Source of the DNA: Pseudodesulfovibrio piezophilus C1TLV30
GTDB taxonomy: Bacteria; Desulfobacterota; Desulfovibrionia; Desulfovibrionales; Desulfovibrionaceae
Assembly: GCF_000341895.1 (NCBI RefSeq)
Contig: NC_020409.1
Location: 2,370,001 to 2,402,000, forward strand
DNA: 32,000 nt
Direction of reading: 5' to 3'
Below the pieces are notes generated by a model. That model ran no database searches. It was given only the letters and a program-made list of their open reading frames with translations, and was not told where the DNA came from. The translations under genes were made by a program, and so were the position numbers. This document shows, piece by piece, positions 25,427 to 32,000 of this stretch; position 1 is the stretch's first letter, and each line of letters opens with the position of its first letter.

Positions 25427-26296
25427 ATGAGTACTGTGGAAACGCTGGCTACGGATCGTTTCATCCCTGCAATTAATCTGTTTGTCACTAAGCACTGCAA
25501 CATGCGGTGCAGATTTTGTTTTGGCTCATGCAAAATGCGCTCGCCCCTATCGTCTCAAGATCAAGATGGGGTCTTTGTTGATGTCATAAGACAATGCCAT
25601 CAACAGGGTATCTCAAAAATCACTTTCGTAGGCGGAGAGCCTCTACTTTATCCAAAGCTTAAACTGTTAATTAGACTTGCTCACGACCTAGGTATAACGA
25701 CCTGCGTAGTATCCAATGGGGCCTTGCTGACAAAAGAGTGGCTGCGTGAAGTGTCAGGCATGCTAGACTGGATTGGGATTAGTATTGATAGCCTGTCGGT
25801 AGATACGAATTGGTCGATTGGTAGAATTTCAAACGGTGTCCCAATGTCAAAATTAGTTTATGAGCAGTTGGTTGATTGGGTGCATGATTACGGCATGCGC
25901 CTCAAGATCAACACGACAGTTTGTCGATGGAATCATCATGAAGACATGTCTTCGTTTTACCGTGATACGAATCCTCATCGAATAAAAATGTTTCAAGCTC
26001 TCACGATCGATGGGGTTAATGACGAGGAGTCTACCAAGTTCTCTGTGTCAGACGAACAATTCACTCATTACGTTGAGCGTCATCTGAGGCAAGGGATTAA
26101 AGCGGTGGCAGAGGCCTCAAACGACATGGTGGGAAGTTATCTGATGGTTTCACCTGACGGGTGCTTTTTTGATAACACTCATGGCTCATATCGATTAAGC
26201 AGGCCAATCAGTAGGGTTGGCTTTTCCAGTGCCATTAAGGATATCTCGGTCAATCACACAAAGTTTATGGATCGTGGGGGCATGTATCGTTGGTAG
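25427..26296 (+). CDS. Prokaryotic viperin (pVip), radical SAM antiviral enzyme
   Basis: A GGAGG SD precedes the start. The radical SAM CxxxCxxC motif is in NLFVTKHCNMRCRFCFG. The protein is collinear with vertebrate viperin throughout: KITFVGGEP, VVSNGALLTKEW, LDWIGISIDS, LKINTTVCRWNHHEDM, NPHRIKMFQAL, VGSYLMVSPDG, and the C-terminal DRGGMYRW (compare KRGGKYIW). Confidence 0.9.
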   Translation: MSTVETLATDRFIPAINLFVTKHCNMRCRFCFGSCKMRSPLSSQDQDGVFVDVIRQCHQQGISKITFVGGEPLLYPKLKLLIRLAHDLGITTCVVSNGALLTKEWLREVSGMLDWIGISIDSLSVDTNWSIGRISNGVPMSKLVYEQLVDWVHDYGMRLKINTTVCRWNHHEDMSSFYRDTNPHRIKMFQALTIDGVNDEESTKFSVSDEQFTHYVERHLRQGIKAVAEASNDMVGSYLMVSPDGCFFDNTHGSYRLSRPISRVGFSSAIKDISVNHTKFMDRGGMYRW

Positions 26297-26329
26297 AAAT
26301 ACCACCCAACATGGACCACTGACACAAAA

Positions 26330-26362
26330 GAGGGCCCTTCGACGGTTGATCGAGAGGCCCTT
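26330..26362. terminator. Possible shared terminator between convergent pVip and 98-aa genes
   Basis: An interrupted stem is formed by GAGGGCC/GGCCCTT plus an inner TCGA/TCGA pairing, followed by TTCTTC on the plus strand. Confidence 0.3.
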
Positions 26363-26379
26363 CTTCAATAATTGAATAA

Positions 26380-26676
26380 TTAAGCTTCGTCTGGGCCTAC
26401 TACCTCTTCACTGCAGTCGCACATTAATTCAAGGACGCTTTCCGGAATGAGTTTGACCCGATCGTCCCTTTTCGTCTCCATAAAATGGACAGACACAAGA
26501 GCTGTTGTTTTCAGGAAGACTTCACCAAATTCACTAGTGTAGCATTGAGCCTTTGAAGGCCCACTGCTGAACTGCAGATTGACGTCGCAGCTTTCATCTG
26601 GAAGTGCAAGGAACAAGAATTCATTATCACCTCGAAATGTACTAATTGTATTAATATTTTTTTTGCTATTCTTCAT
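26380..26676 (-). CDS. Hypothetical protein (98 aa)
   Basis: The ORF lies downstream of, and co-directional with, the YfjJ-like gene. I recognise no motif. Confidence 0.45.
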   Translation of the reverse strand: MKNSKKNINTISTFRGDNEFLFLALPDESCDVNLQFSSGPSKAQCYTSEFGEVFLKTTALVSVHFMETKRDDRVKLIPESVLELMCDCSEEVVGPDEA

Positions 26677-26751
26677 GTTTTATCTCTCTTTTCATAAGAT
26701 GGTGATGTTAGGTAAGGTTGTACTTGAAACAAGAAAACACGGCCTAGTGGC

Positions 26752-27390
26752 TTATCGTCCAGGCATAATTTCAAACAGTTTCAGCAGAGCTTCGGCTTTG
26801 CTTCTTTGCGGAACCTGCGACCCGCCATACGCGTCTCCCTTAAACGGGTAGTGTATTTTCGATTCTTTTTTAGCCAGGTACTGTGCCTGATCCCAGACAT
26901 GCCACATGAGGTAATTGAAATCATGGCTGCTTTTCCGAACCATAATTCCATGGCGAGTGTATGATCCGGGTACATTCATAGCATCAATATGACCATATGC
27001 CTTGGTGCAGTCTCCAAGGGAAAGTCCCCACAAATGCTGAACTCTATGGCGCAAAGTAAAAGGGTTTCTGACATCTTGCCCATTTAAGACTACCCATACG
27101 TGATAATGAAAATTACCCACGTATGAGAGCTTGCTGAATTCCTTAGCCCAAAAATAGAGCAATTTAAGCTTGTACCGTCCCATGGAATGCTTGAAGGAAT
27201 CCATAAAGCGAGTAATCCTCATGTTATCAAGGGCATAAGGTATGTTCTCTGGGTGAGTGAGCGTTAGTCTGAACATTAGGCATTTGGGCATGTCGTCTAT
27301 GGCGAACATAATCAATGAGTAAAGCGACAACCAAAGATCAATGCGATAGTTCTGGTTGAGTATTGAAGTTGTTGTGTCGTGTGTATACAT
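26752..27390 (-). CDS. YagK/YfjJ (inovirus Gp2-like) family protein with HUH-type motif
   Basis: The 212-aa ORF contains GNFHYHVWVVLNG (His-hydrophobic-His). Size and position next to a DUF3987/YfjI-like gene mirror the yfjI-yfjJ pair of the E. coli CP4-57 island, from memory. Confidence 0.55.
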   Translation of the reverse strand: MYTHDTTTSILNQNYRIDLWLSLYSLIMFAIDDMPKCLMFRLTLTHPENIPYALDNMRITRFMDSFKHSMGRYKLKLLYFWAKEFSKLSYVGNFHYHVWVVLNGQDVRNPFTLRHRVQHLWGLSLGDCTKAYGHIDAMNVPGSYTRHGIMVRKSSHDFNYLMWHVWDQAQYLAKKESKIHYPFKGDAYGGSQVPQRSKAEALLKLFEIMPGR

Positions 27391-27533
27391 AGCTAAGATC
27401 TCTTATTTATTATTACTACTATATCCCGAAGTTGGGTTTTCAAAACTGCCGTGTATAAGCATTTCATTTTTCTGATTCCCCTGTTTAAGGGCAATTCATG
27501 TTGTCTGAAATGTTAATGAATATTGAGTGGTCA

Positions 27534-27565
27534 GGTGACATCCGGGACATGTCACGGATGTCACC
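27534..27565. promoter_or_regulatory. Composite palindrome between the YfjI-like and YfjJ-like genes (operator or origin candidate)
   Basis: GGTGACATCCG-GGACATGTCA-CGGATGTCACC is a perfect 11-bp inverted repeat around a spacer that contains the palindrome GACATGTC. The GTGACA/TGTCAC unit occurs three times (once as GTGACA, twice as TGTCAC). Confidence 0.4.
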
Positions 27566-27573
27566 ATGATATC

Positions 27574-29250
27574 CTATGCCATATGAAACAAATGAGGGTT
27601 GATGATGCAGGTCCGACTAGCGCCACTTTTGTAGATTACCATATAGCCGTGGGCCTGTAGGAGCTTCAGCGCCGGAAGGGTTTCCTCCCTCTTCCAGTGC
27701 TTCGCCCGATATATCTCCCGCACGTTGACCTCATACTCGCCTCTTTCCACCAAGTATTCGAGAATCGCGTGTGCGCGGTCCAACTTGTCTTTCGCCTTAA
27801 GGTTAAGGGCAACCTTGGTGTGCTGTTCGAAGAACCATGCCAGTTGCATCCCGGCGCTAACGGACTCTTTAGTTATAAGGGTCTCGTAGGGCTCTCCGTT
27901 CTCACAACACCTGAGAATATGGATGATCGCGATCAACCTGAGACACGTACCGGCCAACTTTCGATAAAAGGCCTGAAGGACTGGCGGGTTCACATCGTTT
28001 GCCGCCTCAGCCTTTGCGTGCGCTTCAAGTCCATGCCAACCCTGAAGAGCTTGGTCCTCAAAGTGAAGCATGATGCCTTCATCCGTCGCACTAGAGGCTT
28101 CGAACAGCTTGTTGGCGGTCTCTTCAAGCCACTTCGTACTGCTGGTAGGTACTTCGGAAGTTCCGCCACCGACTGCAGGCGAATAAAGCTCTGGTGGCAA
28201 CAAGCACAGAAAACGGGCGACTAATCCATCATCTTGGAGGGCTTCTTCGCTGAGCAGCTTGACGGCTGTGCCATCTTGAGTCGCTATCAGGATTGTCACT
28301 GACGGATTCTCGATCCGAACAGGCTCTCCTGCCTTGGTGCTGGAAAATGATTCTCCGCCATACGCTTGCAAAAGGAAGTCGTCTCTATTGGCAGGGATCT
28401 TCTTAAGCGATCCAAGCTCGGCGGCTGCAATCGCAATTTTACCATTTTGCTTGGCCGCTTCTTTTTCCAACCCCTCAGGTGTAAACTTGAAGGTAAGCAA
28501 AACCGGCAAATACTGTTTGGCTGGTATGGATTTTTGAAGTTCGAGGATTTCTTGAGCCGCAACCTCTAAATCGCCTTCCTTTGCTGCGGCATTCTCTAAG
28601 GTTCGGATACGTTTTTTGATAAGCCTTTCAGTGGTTTCGAGAAGCTCTTTATTCTCGAAAAAGGACCCTTGAAGCCTTTTTTCGATTGCCATAATTGGCC
28701 TCAGAACTTCTTCCATGAGCGGAGACTTCATCTTGCCAGACAGCATCATTATCAAAAGGTAGAGAGTTACAAGTTCAGTGTGGTTTTTGTGCCGCATCAC
28801 TTTGAACTGTCCTCGCAGCAAGATGCTGACAAAACCTAACAGCAAAGCAACCAGTATCCCCGGATGCACAGCGAACGCTTTGGATAAGTCCTCGACCCAT
28901 TTTCGGGCACGGCCTGGGAGAGCTTCAATCGGGGCAAGGAAGTCTACAACTTGCCTTTGGGCGAGAGGGAAGATTTGCACAGTTTTGATCCATGCGTGCC
29001 ATCTGCTCTTGTCCAAGTTTTCTTGGTCCTCTAGGGCAAAGGTCAGTCTTTCTTTTTCCGCTTGCCTCAGAGCCTTTTCCTCGTTGTGTTGCGCGAGGTT
29101 AACTTTGATTGCGTCGGTTTGTGAAAGAGAGAAAGAGCTTCCATGATTGTAGTTAACTAGTGGAGCCGGTATTGGCGGGTCCTGCTCAATTATGGGGATC
29201 CTGTTGGGCCCCACACCTTTGAACTTCCATTCAGGTTCAGAATCTAACAT
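27574..29250 (-). CDS. YfjI / DUF3987-like island protein (function call from context and memory)
   Basis: The ORF spans 27574..29337. I placed the start at ATG 29250 (GGAG SD 8 nt upstream) rather than the TTG at 29337. It is a large soluble protein at the int-distal end of the island, followed by the YfjJ-like gene. Confidence 0.55.
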   Translation of the reverse strand: MLDSEPEWKFKGVGPNRIPIIEQDPPIPAPLVNYNHGSSFSLSQTDAIKVNLAQHNEEKALRQAEKERLTFALEDQENLDKSRWHAWIKTVQIFPLAQRQVVDFLAPIEALPGRARKWVEDLSKAFAVHPGILVALLLGFVSILLRGQFKVMRHKNHTELVTLYLLIMMLSGKMKSPLMEEVLRPIMAIEKRLQGSFFENKELLETTERLIKKRIRTLENAAAKEGDLEVAAQEILELQKSIPAKQYLPVLLTFKFTPEGLEKEAAKQNGKIAIAAAELGSLKKIPANRDDFLLQAYGGESFSSTKAGEPVRIENPSVTILIATQDGTAVKLLSEEALQDDGLVARFLCLLPPELYSPAVGGGTSEVPTSSTKWLEETANKLFEASSATDEGIMLHFEDQALQGWHGLEAHAKAEAANDVNPPVLQAFYRKLAGTCLRLIAIIHILRCCENGEPYETLITKESVSAGMQLAWFFEQHTKVALNLKAKDKLDRAHAILEYLVERGEYEVNVREIYRAKHWKREETLPALKLLQAHGYMVIYKSGASRTCIINPHLFHMA

Positions 29251-29392
29251 TCTTGATTCTCCTGGTTTGGGTTTGGACTGGCCACAGCAGCCAGCCTCAC
29301 CCCTACAAGGGCGACATTTCGTGTCGCCCTGCGACAAAGGAGATTTTTTTCATCAAAAAAGTATGAACACGCTCCCTCCATCATATGATGAA

Positions 29393-29435
29393 GGGAAACG
29401 GTTTCGGGAACGGTTTAGGCAGGAATAAACGGTTT
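29393..29435. promoter_or_regulatory. Candidate integrase/Xis arm-type binding sites (right arm)
   Basis: GGGAAACGGTTTCGGGAACGGTTT (29393-29416) is followed by a third AAACGGTTT (29427-29435). It matches the tandem at 4291-4313 in the same orientation. Confidence 0.45.
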
Positions 29436-29485
29436 AACTCGGTAAAACTCGGTGAAATTCAGCCTAGTTAAGCTCAATAGTCGCT

Positions 29486-29529
29486 CTCTCACGCCGGCAA
29501 CAGGGGTTCAAACCCCCTTGGGGACGCCA
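29486..29529 (+). repeat. Right att core (orphan 3' 44 nt of tRNA-Glu)
   Basis: Identical to 4201-4244. No 5' half of a tRNA lies upstream. Confidence 0.9.
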
Positions 29530-29540
29530 AGAGAATTTCA

Positions 29541-29575
29541 ACGGGTTATAGCTCACGCTGTAGCCCGTTTTTTGT
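29541..29575 (+). terminator. Original tRNA-Glu rho-independent terminator, displaced by the island
   Basis: A 12-13 bp stem (ACGGGTTATAGC-TCAC-GCTGTAGCCCGT) is followed by TTTTTTG, 12 nt after the right att core. Confidence 0.75.
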
Positions 29576-29633
29576 TTGCGAAAAATGGTGTCAACCAGGG
29601 TTGGAATGCCATGGATTTCGACCTGCTCGGCGT

Positions 29634-30335
29634 TTAAGACTTTTTCCGCTCACTCTCTTTCGCCAACTCCTCGAAGTTCCGTTCGGATTCAATCTCAGCT
29701 TCATCCAATTCCCGCTGCCTACGGGCATGGTCAAAGACTTCATGCTCGTCGTGAGCGTGTCTCTTAACCTGTTTATGAGAGACCGTGTGAGCGTTGGGCA
29801 GGACTTCTCACTCGTTTGAACTCAAGGAATTGATCAGCGCTCCCGACCCTCTCTTGCATGGTGACACGGTGCCGCTGATCGGAGCTCTCTTCGGCGTGGT
29901 TAAGGAACATGGTTACGACGGCCCAGCTCAATCTGTTCATCGAAGTCGTTCCTGCCTTCGGGGTTCATCAGCCGCTTGTCATCCATGGTAAAGGCTTTAA
30001 CCAGGGACTGCCGCAGGCGTTCTGTGGGCCAGCCTTGGAATTGGATACCACCGGCAGAAGAGCGGGCGTGGTAGTCACCGCGATGATCACATCACGGTTG
30101 TAGAACAGGGTGTTGTCGTTTTTCCAGTCTCTTGCAGTCATTAAGTAATCCGTAATAACTGCCGCTTCATCTCGTTCCCATTCCTTCAAATATATGCTTC
30201 AAATGCCGGTTCATGTTGGGGACCGAAACCTGGAAAAGCTCGGCCATAAACTTTTGACTTAGCCATGCTGTTTCATCCAAGAAACGGACTCCCACACGGA
30301 TATTGCCATCGGGGTCGGGGAAAATAGAAGTGGGT
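29634..30335 (-). pseudogene. Decayed rhuM-family gene (frameshifted, internally deleted, no start codon)
   Basis: Minus-strand fragments sit in three frames and align to the intact RhuM at 17049-18098. IFPDPDGNIRVGVRFLDETAWLSQKFMAELFQVSVPNMNRHLKHIF aligns to the N-terminus. DEAAVITDYLMTA...NRDVIIAV and GGIQFQGWPTERLRQSLVKAFTMDDKRL (compare GTQFRKWATDRLSEYLVKGFTLDDERL) also align. A C-terminal piece ends at TAA 29636-29634. Confidence 0.7.
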
Positions 30336-30630
30336 TTAAGCAACCGGACCACAGCTGAAAGTGGAAGCAGGAAGCCTAATGGGAGCTTTTTCAAAGCAGT
30401 CAAGCAGCAATATTGTACTTTAGTGCCTTTTTGTGCCCCTCTGACGCCCGTTTTCGTTGTGAGCGGGAAACCCGTGCTACGCTCTTGTGGACTCCCAACA
30501 CTGGTGTTTGGGAGTAAAAACCATGGAGAAAAAAAGGATGAATACGGTGTATTCGTGTTAATTGAAGCGCGACTAGAACAATCGAATTGTGGGGAAAATC
30601 GAAAGAGTTCAGGGGAAGCCCATGCAGTAG

Positions 30631-31853
30631 AGCTATTCTTATGACAAGAAGGGGCGATTGGTTGAAGCACGGCTGGATAATCGACTCGTTTGTCAATGCT
30701 CTTATGACAAAGAGGGTAGGCGGCAACAGGATTGTTTCCCCATGACAGCAGGGCAGCAAAGGCGAAACTATCAGTATGACATGGGCAATCGACTCTAACA
30801 TGCCGGAAATAAAGGATATGCTCATGATAAGCAGGGGTTTCGTTCCATTTGGAATCACGAGGGCAAGTATACATTGTATGCCTATCGCCTGACTACCGCC
30901 TGATGAAAGTTGAGAAGCCGGATGCCGAGGTTGTTTTCGATTTTACTCATGATGAGAATGGGCAGCGTGCGGTCAAATATGCCAATGGGCAGCTGGTTGA
31001 AGGCTATGAGTGGCTTGACTTGAATCGGCTTGCAGGGTTTCATGATGGTGATGTCGGCTATCGTTTTTCTTACGATGAAGATGCGCATACTCCCAATGCC
31101 ATGCAGGATGAATATGGAGGGATGGCTATTCTGCACTATGATCAGGTCGGCTCACTGCGAGTGGTCGCCGACGAATCTGGTAACGTGATAAAAGAAATAC
31201 TCTACGATCCCTTCGGTGGTATTCTCAACGATTCCAATCCAGACCTCCATATTCCCATTGGCTTCGCAGGCGGGCTGCATGATCGGGATTTGGGCTTTGT
31301 CCGTTTTAGCTGGCGGGATTACAATACCTATACCGGGCGTTGGACCGCACCTGATCCCATGGGTGATGCAGGCGGCGATCCGGATTGGTATGGATATTGT
31401 CTGAATGATCCTGTGAATGGTATAGATCCAAATGGATTATTTGGATTTTTGATTCCTTTTATGACAGGTATGGCTGGGGCCACGGCCTTAGGTTCTGCGG
31501 GGTCATACGTCGCGGCAAAGGCCGCAGATTGGTTTGGAGGAAAGACCGACAAGAATTATGGTAAGGACAAGCCAACGGCTACTGAAGGTGTTCATAATGC
31601 CATGGATAAGGTTATAAATATCAATTCCGGTATTGTCGGTGCAGCAGGCGCTGCGTCGGGGGCAGCTGCTCTTCCTCGTGTCGCAGGAGCTGTCTTGCAG
31701 CATCCGGACAAGATTGCGGCTGGGAGCAAGGGCGCTTATGATTTCATATCAAGTTTTGCATTAGAAGGACCTCCTGAACCCTCTCTTCCTGGTTATGTGG
31801 GAATAGGTATGAGCGAAGCCTATAAATGGTACAAAAGGAATAAAGGGAAATAA
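30631..31853 (+). pseudogene. 5'-truncated, disrupted Rhs/YD-repeat toxin fragment with intact core-end motif and C-terminal toxin domain
   Basis: YD repeats are present (SYSYDKKGRLVEARLDN..CSYDKEGRR, YQYDMGNRL). There is an in-frame TAA at 30796-30798 and a frameshift near 30885. An open 3' part runs 30849/30903..31853 and carries the Rhs core end YDPFGG...RFSWRDYNTYTGRWTAPDP and DPVNGIDPNGL (PxxxxDPxGL, 31410-31439). A 137-aa Gly/Ala-rich tail follows. Confidence 0.8.
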
Positions 31854-31855
31854 GG

Positions 31856-32000
31856 TGAAGGTTACAATTTTCGAAATACTGTTGAGTGCTGTTATGACGA
31901 TACATGGAATAGGTATGATTGTGACAGAGGACTTTTACTTCAGATCGTTTCTAGTACCGGAGTGGGCTGCATATATTGACGCTTTGGTTGGTATAAGCAT
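31856..32000 (+). CDS. Possible Rhs immunity protein, N-terminal fragment (runs off window end)
   Basis: GTG lies 2 nt after the Rhs stop. The translation VKVTIFEILLSAVMTIHGIGMIVTEDFYFRSFLVPEWAAYIDALVGIS is hydrophobic. The position is typical for cognate immunity genes. Confidence 0.35.

Larger units (their letters stand above)
4201..29529. mobile_element. tRNA-Glu-integrated genomic (defence) island, ~25.3 kb
   Basis: The 44-bp repeat CTCTCACGCCGGCAACAGGGGTTCAAACCCCCTTGGGGACGCCA occurs at both ends. Integrase and xis sit at the tRNA-proximal end. The original tRNA terminator is displaced to just beyond the right repeat. Base composition inside the island is mosaic. Confidence 0.85.

Noticed and set aside
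29251-29337. TTG-initiated N-terminal extension of the DUF3987-like ORF (MSQGDTKCRPCRGEAGCCGQ...)
   Set aside because: There is no SD before the TTG, and the segment overlaps an 8-bp hairpin (GGGCGACA-TTTCG-TGTCGCCC, about 29309-29329). The internal ATG at 29250 has a GGAG SD. The Cys-rich peptide is probably not translated.
29486-29529. Possible additional tRNA gene at the right island end
   Set aside because: Only the 3' 44 nt (anticodon loop to CCA) are present. The upstream sequence cannot form an acceptor or D arm. This is the att repeat and not a gene.
30167-30874. 235-aa minus-strand ORF in the track
   Set aside because: It is a chimeric reading frame. Only the last ~55 residues are RhuM-like and belong to the pseudogene. 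The rest is antisense to the Rhs YD-repeat fragment or non-coding, and it has no motif.
1-32000. CRISPR arrays, retron (RT plus msr/msd), rRNA genes, toxin-antitoxin pairs, conjugation genes
   Set aside because: I scanned for regularly spaced direct repeats, reverse-transcriptase YxDD motifs, rRNA-like conserved segments and small adjacent ORF pairs with typical TA features. None were found.

Overview
The window is a chromosomal segment from a Gram-negative bacterium. Its centre is a ~25.3 kb genomic island integrated into the 3' end of a tRNA-Glu(CUC) gene. The island is bounded by a perfect 44-bp direct repeat (4201-4244 and 29486-29529), and a tyrosine integrase plus an Xis/AlpA-like HTH gene sit next to the tRNA.

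Left flank (core genome):
- A two-partner secretion pair, tpsB plus the 5' end of tpsA.
- A PaaK-family adenylate-forming enzyme.
- A tRNA-Lys/tRNA-Glu pair.

Island cargo is compositionally mosaic, with low-GC and high-GC blocks alternating. In order:
- An IS200-type TnpA element.
- An orphan 488-aa ORF.
- A tight five-gene minus-strand operon: CobS-like AAA+ ATPase, an unknown protein, an HExxH+vWA protein, a Zn-ribbon/glycine-zipper membrane protein, and an acidic-tail membrane microprotein.
- A lipoprotein plus a membrane Sel1-repeat pair.
- A 360-bp ORF-free segment bracketed by two strong terminator hairpins.
- A type I R-M operon (hsdM-rhuM-hsdS-abiC-like-hsdR).
- A 696-aa protein with a NERD-like PD-(D/E)xK domain.
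- A prokaryotic viperin (radical SAM).
- A YfjI/YfjJ-like (DUF3987 plus HUH Rep-like) module next to the right repeat.

Right flank: the displaced original tRNA terminator, a decayed second rhuM copy, and a 5'-truncated, disrupted Rhs toxin fragment with a probable immunity gene.

The best candidate for an undescribed system is the AAA+/vWA/glycine-zipper operon (8004-12149). The second candidate is the NERD-like 696-aa gene coupled to the viperin. All functional calls come from reading the translations and recalling family motifs. No database search was run.
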